Origin: an uncultured bacterium
GTDB taxonomy: Bacteria > Oederibacteriota > Oederibacteriia > Oederibacteriales > Oederibacteriaceae
DNA length: 64,000 nucleotides
Direction: 5' to 3'
Assembly: GCA_965112635.1 (NCBI GenBank)
Contig: OZ218778.1
Coordinates: 2,336,001 to 2,400,000 of the forward strand
The notes beneath the pieces were generated by a model. The model was not told the DNA's origin. It saw only the letters and a program-made list of their open reading frames with translations, and made no database searches. Made by a program: the position numbers and the translations under genes. Shown here in pieces: positions 40,630 through 49,525 of this stretch. The first letter of the stretch is position 1; each line of letters opens with the position of its first letter.

Positions 40630-42066
40630 TTATTTTTTATTCTGATCTTGAGGTTCTACTTTTGTAATGACTTCATTTGAACTTACCGAATATAAAATAT
40701 CGTTAAAGACATAGATTCCCGTAGCCCTGCTTCGAGCCGTCCCTTTATCCGGGGCAATAATTTGGTCCAGCCCTCTCTTCATAATGAAAAACAACTCGCC
40801 AGTCGACCCCCTGACAATAGGACCGGGTACTTTGAATTCAATTCTATGAGTATCTGCATGATATTTACCGCCCTGAGTATATCCATTGATTTCTAAAAAA
40901 TCTGGAAGTTGGTCAACTATTTTAAATCCAGTCTCCAGCTCTATTGGACAGAACCAATTTATCTTGTACATATAATTTTGTTCATTCTTATCTTTGTAGT
41001 CCAGCGCCAAAGTCTTCACCAGGACCAACTGGACCGGAGTCGCGGTAAATGTGATTGCAGGGGTCCCCCGAGCAATGAGTAAAACAAAAGGTCTTGTAGG
41101 AACCTCCCGCGGTGTCGGAGCAAGGGTTGCCGGAGGGATAGGTGGAGGCGCCTTGCGTACCGCAGGTATCGGCGTATTCGTAGGAGTAAAAGGAACCGGC
41201 GTAAAAGTCAACATAAGCGGTACCGGCGTTGCCGTTGGCATTGGAGTGGCCGTGAAAACAGGCGTGAACGTCGCCATTGGCAAGGCAGTGCTGGTTGGCA
41301 CCGGCGTAAACACAGGCGGCATTGTTGCTGTCGGCATAGGGGTTGAGGTCGGCAGTGGCGTGGCGGTCTTTAGGGGCGTAGCCGTCTGGGTCGAGGTATT
41401 TGCCGGTTTGGGAGTGGCCGTACCTGATGGGGTGCTGGTGGCAGTGTCCGCAGGCACAGGGGTCGGTTCTTCAATAGGAAGGGTTATCAATACTCTATAA
41501 TAATCCATTTCATTGGCAAGGTTTGGATTATTGCCATGTTCATGGCTGGAAATGGCATCTACAGGAGAGTCCGTGCAAGGATTCTTAAAAATATCACCGC
41601 CACGCTGTGATGGGGTTTGAAAAACTACACCACCCCACCCTGAATCATCAAAATCTATTTTTCTCCAACCCTGAGGATCTGCGGCAGGCGCATCAGGAAA
41701 ATGCATAAGCTTTGTATCAGGTTGATGTTCACCACTATCCACGCAAATCGTCTGCCCGTTATCTAGTTTTAATATAAGGATATACTCGCAATCGACGCTC
41801 TGTGGCTCATGATTCCAATTCTTGATGCAAAGGATGGTCTTGTTGTGAAAAACACTGGGAGGGATAGTATTGAGAGTCGTGGCATTATTATTATTCCGAG
41901 TTGCTGCAGGATAATCGAAGATCCAGGCTTCAGCCCCATCGTCTCCTGCCAAATGAAAAGTTGCCTCAACCACCTTTGTGCCTTCAAGGGGATTGGAACA
42001 AATTATGCCTAACAAAAGAATGAAAATAGCGGCAATTAATTTGGGACCACAATTCAATCGACTCAT
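40630..42066 (-). CDS. exported lectin-like / Pro-Thr linker / DUF11-like protein (paralog 3)
   Basis: ATG 42066 with AGGAG RBS; GDD..AWI, FDDSGW, YYRV; PT linker; LVKTLAL..VDQLP..VSSNEVITKVEP. Confidence 0.75.
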   Translation of the reverse strand: MSRLNCGPKLIAAIFILLLGIICSNPLEGTKVVEATFHLAGDDGAEAWIFDYPAATRNNNNATTLNTIPPSVFHNKTILCIKNWNHEPQSVDCEYILILKLDNGQTICVDSGEHQPDTKLMHFPDAPAADPQGWRKIDFDDSGWGGVVFQTPSQRGGDIFKNPCTDSPVDAISSHEHGNNPNLANEMDYYRVLITLPIEEPTPVPADTATSTPSGTATPKPANTSTQTATPLKTATPLPTSTPMPTATMPPVFTPVPTSTALPMATFTPVFTATPMPTATPVPLMLTFTPVPFTPTNTPIPAVRKAPPPIPPATLAPTPREVPTRPFVLLIARGTPAITFTATPVQLVLVKTLALDYKDKNEQNYMYKINWFCPIELETGFKIVDQLPDFLEINGYTQGGKYHADTHRIEFKVPGPIVRGSTGELFFIMKRGLDQIIAPDKGTARSRATGIYVFNDILYSVSSNEVITKVEPQDQNKK

Positions 42067-42085
42067 GAAACTCCTAAATAGCACT

Positions 42086-44677
42086 TCAGTACCCTCTTGC
42101 TTGCTGAAGGTTTTTAGCATAACTATCATTGTTCGGCTCTAACTGGCTCGCTCTTTCTAGCTCCCTAACCCCTCGTTCCCTTTTCCCAAAATACATGAGA
42201 AGCATGCCTAAATTTTCATGGGCCACACTATTTTGGTCGTCCAACTGCACGGATTTTTGTGCATACTGAAGAGCACTTGAGTATTGGCCCAGACGAATAT
42301 AAACAACCGACAAATTACATAAATTGGGCGAATTAACATCACCGACCGCCATAGCTTTAAGGTATTCTTTTAAAGCCAGCTCGTATTGCTGGTCTCTCAA
42401 ATACTGATAAGCTCTAGTGGAGGGCAGGAACGCCTTGGGCAACTGCTGCCCTTTGACCTCGCCCTGGAAATCTATCCTATAAACCCCTGACCCCTTCGAG
42501 TCATACAAAATCTGCAGATGCTTTTCCCAAAACTCCCGTAAAAGCGGGTAATCTTCCCTTTCCAAGGGAAAAATGTCATATTGCATCTGCAAACGCGTTG
42601 TTTCCATATCATTATATAGGATATAGTCCACATTAAAAGGCCTGAGGGCCTTTTCCAGCTGTTTGATATTCCTGCTTTTTTTGATTGCCACCCAAAGAGG
42701 GTTGTTATTATAAGCGGTACAGGAAATAAAATTTTGCTGAAGATAAAACCCCCTGGTTTCCCCTACGAACAGAACCTTGGCCTCCTTTGGAAGATTTTTA
42801 TTGGCATACTCTAGCGAATCATAAGAGGAATTCATCATCCATTTTTTAAGATAATTGGATTGGCTCTCTAGCCCTAAAACAGTGCCCCAGGGATCCAAAT
42901 TGCCCCATAACAAAACTGCGCCGCTGAACATATTGGCTAAAGAAACAATAAATATAATCACCACTGCTACAAAACCCAGCCATTTGGAGTTTTTGGTAGC
43001 AACATAAACAACATAGCAGGAAATTAAACACATCAGAGCTAAGCCTGGCTCGAAAAACCGAAGAATATGGGTTTGGGAGAGCCAAATAACTAGTGAAAAC
43101 AGAAAAAGGATAACCACGATCCGCATATACCGCGGTAGATTTTTTATAAAAAGTAAAAAAGGCAAAAACAACAGTAACAAAGGGCCAACTAAAGAATCTC
43201 CCGTATCGCCTTTTATGGTAAGGTTCCAAGGCAGCGCCAAATACTCCGCAAAAGTATGGGCCCACTTTTCATGTTGTTCACCAAGCACATGGTTAAGCTT
43301 TTGTGGGTCTATCTGCCATGTACCAAGGATTGAGCCTAGATAGGGAAAAAAGGGGTTACCGGTAAAGACAAAGTTCTTAATCCAATACACTAATAATGGT
43401 GTCAAAAAAACAATACCGGCAATCAAGGTATTCTTCAAAAGGGTCGAGCGCCGAATATTTAAGAACCAAGAAGCTTCGTACCCGCATATCAAAAATAAGG
43501 GAATGACCCAGAAAACTGCATTGTACTTGGTCATAACAGCATAGGAGGACAAAATTACGATGATATATAAACATGGCAATGCCGCCCCGGATGACACTTC
43601 CCCTTTATTAACTGGTTCTTGTGAATATATTTTTAGGAAGGCGGAAACAGCATTTAGAACAAAAAAAGTCATCCCCAGGTCCACGGCGGCTTCCCACGAA
43701 CTGACTTGAACAATAGGGATTGTATAAAACATGACTGCAGCCATAAAACCGACCATTTGATTAAAATATTTATTGCCCAGATCAAAAAGAATAAAACAAC
43801 AACCCAAACCTAAAAACCAGCATAATAACTTGCTTACCATTTCACTATGCAGCAGGCTTCCCAGACAAAAAAGCATTTCCAAGCCCATAGAATAATTTGA
43901 AAAAAAATTTGATGGGATTTGGTAGATTTTATGATGCTGGATAAATGAAAAAGGCACCGACAAATGATACACAAGGGCGTCATAAAACCTTTCGGGTGCC
44001 AACTGGCCTGCTAGGTTATTTGCAGCAGTTAGAAATAATAAGCAAAGCAAAACCAGGGAAATCTTGTCCATAATAAAAGGCTTAAGTTTGGCTAGGGAAA
44101 TTCGTCGCCACCTTTTTTGATAGATGAACTTCTCTAAAAAAACAGTGCAAAAAAATAAGACCAAAAGGCATGCTACTAGAGGAAATAAAAGGCCAGCCAA
44201 ACCCAAAGCGAATACTAAAAGAGAAGTCAAACCCAGACCCAGGGATAATTTTAACCACCCAGACTGATTAAGAGGTAAGAAGATACCTAATAGCGCTAGA
44301 ATTTTATCGCCTAACTCGAGTGCGGATAAAAGAAGAATAAAAAGCCACCCCAAAGCAGCTGTGTAGTGGCCAAATAATTGAAATTGTTGATTGAGACCCA
44401 ATCCGCCTGGATAACGGCTCCAATCAAAGATTCTTTTAAGGACTTCCCAGGTACGATACAACCATTGAAAATCTATCAAAGAATAAACAGATTCGCCCCA
44501 CAAAGAGAACAAAGAACCTTTAACAGCTTCCAAGGATACGGTCTTCCAGGCAACTGCTATATAAATGGGGATCAAGAAGAGGGCCCATAAACAAAAAATA
44601 ATGCTAAAGAGGCTTGCAGGGATCCTTAACTCTCCGCAAATTATCGCCTGTTTATTATGCAATTCGGATTGATTCAT
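42086..44677 (-). CDS. multi-pass GT-C-fold (GT39/ArnT/PMT-like) glycosyltransferase with C-terminal TPRs
   Basis: Many TM helices; PERFYDALVYHL loop motif, VDL, TKY, W.KN..FTGNPFFP, RF..P, LFVGETR; TPRs at the C-terminus. Confidence 0.75.
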   Translation of the reverse strand: MNQSELHNKQAIICGELRIPASLFSIIFCLWALFLIPIYIAVAWKTVSLEAVKGSLFSLWGESVYSLIDFQWLYRTWEVLKRIFDWSRYPGGLGLNQQFQLFGHYTAALGWLFILLLSALELGDKILALLGIFLPLNQSGWLKLSLGLGLTSLLVFALGLAGLLFPLVACLLVLFFCTVFLEKFIYQKRWRRISLAKLKPFIMDKISLVLLCLLFLTAANNLAGQLAPERFYDALVYHLSVPFSFIQHHKIYQIPSNFFSNYSMGLEMLFCLGSLLHSEMVSKLLCWFLGLGCCFILFDLGNKYFNQMVGFMAAVMFYTIPIVQVSSWEAAVDLGMTFFVLNAVSAFLKIYSQEPVNKGEVSSGAALPCLYIIVILSSYAVMTKYNAVFWVIPLFLICGYEASWFLNIRRSTLLKNTLIAGIVFLTPLLVYWIKNFVFTGNPFFPYLGSILGTWQIDPQKLNHVLGEQHEKWAHTFAEYLALPWNLTIKGDTGDSLVGPLLLLFLPFLLFIKNLPRYMRIVVILFLFSLVIWLSQTHILRFFEPGLALMCLISCYVVYVATKNSKWLGFVAVVIIFIVSLANMFSGAVLLWGNLDPWGTVLGLESQSNYLKKWMMNSSYDSLEYANKNLPKEAKVLFVGETRGFYLQQNFISCTAYNNNPLWVAIKKSRNIKQLEKALRPFNVDYILYNDMETTRLQMQYDIFPLEREDYPLLREFWEKHLQILYDSKGSGVYRIDFQGEVKGQQLPKAFLPSTRAYQYLRDQQYELALKEYLKAMAVGDVNSPNLCNLSVVYIRLGQYSSALQYAQKSVQLDDQNSVAHENLGMLLMYFGKRERGVRELERASQLEPNNDSYAKNLQQARGY

Positions 44678-44766
44678 ACAATTTTCCTCGCGTCTGTTTA
44701 CTGATTAGTAAGGAACAGGCTGCATTAGAAGCTTAAAATTTTATTAATCATATCATCATTCTTTTG

Positions 44767-44809
44767 AAAAACAAAAAACCTCCCGTCTGCATTTGCAAAC
44801 GGAAGGTTT
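44767..44809 (-). terminator. intrinsic terminator after glnA
   Basis: Minus-strand hairpin AACCTTCCGTTTGC/GCAGACGGGAGGTT followed by a T-rich tract. Confidence 0.8.
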
Positions 44810-44840
44810 ATGTGAAAATCTGCTAAACAACCAGATACGA

Positions 44841-46259
44841 TTATAGATCAAAATAAAGGTAGAACTCCCATGGATGGGGACGCAGCCTGATGGCGTCTAC
44901 CTCTTTGCTCCTCTTGTAATTGATCCATGTTTCCAGGACATCCTTGGTAAATACGCCACCTTTCAAAAGAAAGTCATGATCCTTTTCCAGTTCTACCAAG
45001 CATTTATCCAACGCATCTGGAACGACTTTGATCTTCTTTAGTTCCTCAGCGGGTAGTTCGAAAAGGTCCTTATCTACAGGGGCCCCTGGATGGATCTTAT
45101 TTTGGATCCCGTCGAGACCAGCCATAAGAATAGCCGGGAAAGCCAGGTAGGGGTTGCAGGTACAATCAGGACACCTGAACTCTATCCTCTTTTGCTTCGG
45201 ATCCTGTGAGTATACCGGGATACGGCAGGCCGCCGAACGGTTGCGCTGGGAGTAGACCAGATTAACCGGCGCTTCAAATCCAGGCACCAGGCGCTTGAAG
45301 GAGTTGGTGGAAGGCGCGCAGAGAGCCAACAAGGCAGATGCGTGTTTCAAAATACCCCCGATATAGAATAAAGCTGTTTCGCTCAGCATTCCATATCCCT
45401 TGGCATCAAAGAATAAGGGTTTTCCAGCCTTCCAAAGGGAGGAATGGATATGCATTCCGGTCCCGTTGTCCCCGAACAGTGGCTTAGGCATGAAAGTCAC
45501 AATTTTGTTATGTCTTTTGGCCACATTACGCAGGACATATTTGTAAATCATAACATTATCAGCCTGGACAAGGAGCGCATTGTATCTCATGTCGATCTCC
45601 GCCTGACCGCCCGTGGCGACTTCATGATGCTGGGCTTCTATGTCGATGCCCATATTCTGGAGCTCAAGAACCATCTCTGTTCTGAGGTCCTGATAGCTGT
45701 CGGTCGGAGGCACTGGGAAATAACCTTCTTTAGGACGGATTTTATATCCTAAGTTGGGGTTCTCTTCCCTGCCATTGTTCCAGTTGCCCTCTATGGAATC
45801 GATGAAGTAATAACCGCTGTTTGTGGTCTGGTTGAAACGGATGTCGTCAAAAATAAAGAACTCAAGCTCAGGTCCCCAGAAAGAGGCATCCGCTATTCCT
45901 GTGGTGCCCAAATATTTCTCAGCTTTACGGGCGATATATCTTGGATCCCTGTTGTATTCTTTGATCTGCTTCCCTGGCTCTTTGACATCACAGATAAGAC
46001 TTAAGGTAGGAATCTGACAGAAAGGATCAATGTTGGCTGTATTCGGGTCAGGGATAAGGAGCATGTCGCTTTCATCAATAGCCTGAAACCCGCGGATACT
46101 AGAACCATCGAAACCAACGCCAGTCTCAAAAGTCTCCTCGTCCAACTTGTCCACCGGGACAGAAAAATGCTGCCAAACCCCTGGCATATCGATGAATTTT
46201 AAATCCACCATTTTTATATTTTTTTTCTTACAAATTTCCAAAACTGCTTTAGCCGTCAT
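44841..46259 (-). CDS. glnA: glutamine synthetase type I
   Basis: [59 protein letters not shown]; start ATG 46259 behind GGGAGG. Confidence 0.97.
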   Translation of the reverse strand: MTAKAVLEICKKKNIKMVDLKFIDMPGVWQHFSVPVDKLDEETFETGVGFDGSSIRGFQAIDESDMLLIPDPNTANIDPFCQIPTLSLICDVKEPGKQIKEYNRDPRYIARKAEKYLGTTGIADASFWGPELEFFIFDDIRFNQTTNSGYYFIDSIEGNWNNGREENPNLGYKIRPKEGYFPVPPTDSYQDLRTEMVLELQNMGIDIEAQHHEVATGGQAEIDMRYNALLVQADNVMIYKYVLRNVAKRHNKIVTFMPKPLFGDNGTGMHIHSSLWKAGKPLFFDAKGYGMLSETALFYIGGILKHASALLALCAPSTNSFKRLVPGFEAPVNLVYSQRNRSAACRIPVYSQDPKQKRIEFRCPDCTCNPYLAFPAILMAGLDGIQNKIHPGAPVDKDLFELPAEELKKIKVVPDALDKCLVELEKDHDFLLKGGVFTKDVLETWINYKRSKEVDAIRLRPHPWEFYLYFDL

Positions 46260-46287
46260 GAACCCAACCTCCCTTTCATAATATTTT

Positions 46288-46341
46288 AAAAACAAAAAAG
46301 GCGTCCTTGCCGCATTTAACATCAAAGACGCCTTTGTCTTT
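46288..46341 (-). promoter_or_regulatory. ANTAR-binding dual-hexaloop RNA element overlapping an intrinsic terminator in the glnA leader
   Basis: P1 AAAGAC-AAAGGC-GTCTTT and P2 GGC-AAGGAC-GCC, both loops A1/G4; alternative pairing AAAGGCGTC/GACGCCTTT followed by a U tract. Confidence 0.85.
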
Positions 46342-46361
46342 AAAAAATTCAAATTTATTGA

Positions 46362-46390
46362 AAGATACCACCTGGAGCAATACCTGTCAA
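46362..46390 (-). promoter_or_regulatory. sigma70 promoter of glnA
   Basis: TTGACA-N17-TATCTT with TGn extension. Confidence 0.7.
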
Positions 46391-46418
46391 GTTATCCCTG
46401 AAAATTCTTTGGCTCCAG

Positions 46419-47624
46419 TCACATCTTTATTTCTGAAGCTAAAATAATAGCCTCTGCAACTTCTTTCATGGTTTTTCTAATATTCATACTTTGCTGCTGG
46501 ATGAATTTATAAGCCGCTTCCTCAGTGATTCCTCGTTCTTTCATCAGTATTCCTTTGGCGCGCTCGACCATCTTTCTTGATACTAGGGCTTCTTTATTGG
46601 CCAATGCATCGTCCATCAAGTTCGTATTCTCAATGGCAACCGCAGCTTGGTTAGCAATAGCCTGCAATATTTTTATCTCTTCTTCTTCAAAAACATGGCG
46701 GGAAGACGTGTAAGTATTAATGACCCCTATCACTCGATCTTTGATCATCATTGGCACGCATAAAAGTGATACCAGCCCCTCTTCATTAGCCAACTCTGAG
46801 TAAGCAAAGCGTTTGTCGTCCCGGACATCAAGAATCGTAACCGTTCGTTTCTCGCGGACAGCAATTCCGCTAACACTGCGGGCAACCTTTAAAGGCGGTT
46901 TTTGCCGATAATTTTTGCTTAAGCTCTGAGTTGCCTTTATAGCGAGCTCCTGGCCGGTTTTATCCAACAGCATGATCGAACAAATTTTTGAGCCCATCAT
47001 CTCGGCGGTCACTGCAACGATAAGGTTCAGGATCTCTCCAAGATAACCGCTCGAAACAATAGTATGGCTTACTTTAGAAAGGGCCTCGATTTGATTGGCT
47101 TTATTTTGCGCTTCCCTAAACAATCTTGCATTCTCAATTGCTGAGCCGACAAGCACTGCAATGGCTTCCATCAACTCAATAATTGAGGGGCTCCAACGAT
47201 AAGCTTTCTTTTTTTGGAGGTTCATCACGCCGATAAGGCGTTCTTTGTGGAATATTGGAACAGACAAGAAAGCTTCGTAAACATCTTCGGGAAGATTATG
47301 GAAAAATTTAAACCGCGCGTCTTCGCTGGCATTATTTGATATAGCAACAGTCTTTTTTTCTTTTGCCACCCACCCAGTAATTCCCTCCCCCATCTTCAGA
47401 CGAAGCCTGCCTAACATTTTAGGGTGGGGATTTTTCGAAGCCATGAGGACCAATTCCTGTTGTTGGGAATTATACAAGTAAAGTAAGCAGGATTGAGCCT
47501 GGGTCACTTTGGCAACCATGTCCACAACCCGGTGCAAGATTTCCTGTAAATCCAAAACTGATCCAACGGCCTGGCTTATATGAAGCAATATTTTAAGGTT
47601 TTCAGTCTGCTTGTATCTACTCAA
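46419..47624 (-). CDS. GAF-GAF-ANTAR RNA-binding antitermination regulator
   Basis: Two GAF domains (GEGITGWVA..FLSVPI..IGVMNL; LLCVPM..IGVINTY); ANTAR domain RKMVERAKGILM...AYKFIQQQSMN..MKEVAEAII. Confidence 0.93.
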   Translation of the reverse strand: MSRYKQTENLKILLHISQAVGSVLDLQEILHRVVDMVAKVTQAQSCLLYLYNSQQQELVLMASKNPHPKMLGRLRLKMGEGITGWVAKEKKTVAISNNASEDARFKFFHNLPEDVYEAFLSVPIFHKERLIGVMNLQKKKAYRWSPSIIELMEAIAVLVGSAIENARLFREAQNKANQIEALSKVSHTIVSSGYLGEILNLIVAVTAEMMGSKICSIMLLDKTGQELAIKATQSLSKNYRQKPPLKVARSVSGIAVREKRTVTILDVRDDKRFAYSELANEEGLVSLLCVPMMIKDRVIGVINTYTSSRHVFEEEEIKILQAIANQAAVAIENTNLMDDALANKEALVSRKMVERAKGILMKERGITEEAAYKFIQQQSMNIRKTMKEVAEAIILASEIKM

Positions 47625-47760
47625 ATTCGAACGCTCCCGTTCTCAGAATAGAAGTAATATAACATAGCCTCCAAAAACATGACAGCATGGTTACTTCAAT
47701 TTCTTGAGGTTTAATTAAATTTCTTCTAAAATGGGTCGGTAGATTAAATTATTCTGGGAG

Positions 47761-48339
47761 ATGCGCTTGCTCACAATGATAGCCAATTGGGATAGGCAGA
47801 TATTTTTGCTCCTCAATCAAAAGACAATAAATCCATTCTTTGATTGGTGCATGCCCATTCTCAGCAGACAGGAATATTGGTATCTGCCTCTAGCTCTGCT
47901 AACACTACTGACCATACTATTTTCAGAGAATAAAATCAGGCAAACCATCGTAATTTGCACAATCTTTTTAACCGTCGGGCTAACAGATTATTTTTGCCAC
48001 ATCATCAAACATTTAGTTGCTCGGCCTAGGCCATTTACGATGATCCCCGGTGCTCACGTTTTGATGGGCGCAAACGGATATTCATTCCCATCCAACCATG
48101 CGGCCAATATCTTTGCTGGCAGTATTTTTTTGGCTTTATTATTCAAGCGTTGGCTGGCTCCCTTACTATTCATAGCCCTGGCTGTTTCTTTTTCCAGAAT
48201 CTATGTAGGGGACCACTATCCTCTGGATGTTTTTGGTGGCGCCTTCATTGGATGTTGCTTTGCTTTCCTTGCTGCTCTAATATTTAAACGGTTAAATTCC
48301 AAAATAGAAAGGATAATTGATGAACGCCAAAAATATTAA
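47761..48339 (+). CDS. PAP2-family phosphatase (undecaprenyl-pyrophosphate phosphatase-like)
   Basis: K..VARPRP, SFPSNHA, SRIYVGDHYPLDV. Confidence 0.92.
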   Translation: MRLLTMIANWDRQIFLLLNQKTINPFFDWCMPILSRQEYWYLPLALLTLLTILFSENKIRQTIVICTIFLTVGLTDYFCHIIKHLVARPRPFTMIPGAHVLMGANGYSFPSNHAANIFAGSIFLALLFKRWLAPLLFIALAVSFSRIYVGDHYPLDVFGGAFIGCCFAFLAALIFKRLNSKIERIIDERQKY

Positions 48340-49486
48340 GGTGGGTATACCAAAAAATGTTAAAGTTATGGGCTTGGCCAGTCTTTTTAACGACATCAGT
48401 TCTGAAATAATTTATCCCTTTCTCCCAATCTTTTTTACTGAAACTTTAAAGGCCTCGGTTTCTTTTTTCGGTCTTATTGAAGGGGTCGCGGAAAGTACAG
48501 CCAGTATTTTAAAATTATTTTCAGGATGGCTATCCGACACCCTGCGCTCCCGCAAACCCCTTGGGCTTACAGGTTACCTCCTTTCTTCCATCAGCCGGCC
48601 GCTTTTGGCCATAGCTATGTCCCCTTGGCAGGGGTTACTGATCCGCTTTTCTGACCGCTTTGGGAAAGGAATCCGTACAGCCCCTCGCGACACCTTGATC
48701 GCGGATTCCTGCAACGAAAATCAACTCGGACGTTCTTTTGGTTTCCACAGGGCCTTGGACAATGCGGGAGCTGTGGGGGGGCCGTTGATTGCTGCCTTGT
48801 TCCTCGGGTTAGGATTTTCCAACCTCAGGATGCTATTTTGGATCGCCACAATCCCCTCGCTGTTATGCGTCCTTACGTTTGGTTTTTTGGTTACCGAAAA
48901 AAAACCTTCTTCCACGAGGGCCCTGCCTAGCTTCAGCCTCAAGCCGTTTTCTTCTAAATTCAAAAAATATCTTATGATCGCCTTTGTATTTGCCCTGGCC
49001 AACTCTAGTGATACTTTTTTGTTATTAAGGGCCAAATCTCTTGGGGAATCCCTCTTAGGAATAACTTTTTTGTGGGCCATGATCAACGCCGTACGAGTTT
49101 TGAGTGCTTGGCGAGGGGGAATTTTATCCGATGTTCTTGGCAGGACACCTTTGATCATCACCGGATGGGTGCTGTACGGTCTCGTTTATCTGGGTTTTGG
49201 CTTATGCCAACAATCATGGCTATTGTGGGTGCTTTTTGCGGTTTATGGAGCTTTTTCAGGATTAACAGAAGGCGCCGAAAAAGCTTTTGTCGCAGATCTT
49301 GTTCCCGCAAATCTCAGGGGTACAGCTTATGGTCTTTATAATTTGAGTCTAGGACTTGCGGCTTTACCCGCTTCCTACTTGATGGGACTGCTTTGGCAAT
49401 ACGCTGGAGTTTTTGCGGCATTTTCTGTTACTAGCTTATTGGCCTTCCTGGCGGCTCTGCTTCTTTACTTTCTACCAAAACAATAA
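48317..49486 (+). CDS. MFS transporter
   Basis: Multiple TM helices; SLFNDISSE, G.LSD, DRFGKGIRTAPRD, FGFHRALD. Confidence 0.92.
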   Translation: MMNAKNIKVGIPKNVKVMGLASLFNDISSEIIYPFLPIFFTETLKASVSFFGLIEGVAESTASILKLFSGWLSDTLRSRKPLGLTGYLLSSISRPLLAIAMSPWQGLLIRFSDRFGKGIRTAPRDTLIADSCNENQLGRSFGFHRALDNAGAVGGPLIAALFLGLGFSNLRMLFWIATIPSLLCVLTFGFLVTEKKPSSTRALPSFSLKPFSSKFKKYLMIAFVFALANSSDTFLLLRAKSLGESLLGITFLWAMINAVRVLSAWRGGILSDVLGRTPLIITGWVLYGLVYLGFGLCQQSWLLWVLFAVYGAFSGLTEGAEKAFVADLVPANLRGTAYGLYNLSLGLAALPASYLMGLLWQYAGVFAAFSVTSLLAFLAALLLYFLPKQ

Positions 49487-49525
49487 ACCGCATAGCCTAA
49501 CCGAGTTGGGCTGGGTGATGTTGTA

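Noticed and set aside
39420-41470. Repetitive DNA (GGCGTAAA / GTCGG motifs) as a CRISPR array or VNTR
   Set aside because: Repeats are degenerate, in frame and explained by Pro/Thr linker coding; no constant repeat-spacer pattern and no cas genes
46260-46352. N-terminal extension of GlnA given by the ORF track
   Set aside because: This stretch is the ANTAR/terminator leader; a strong RBS precedes ATG 46259
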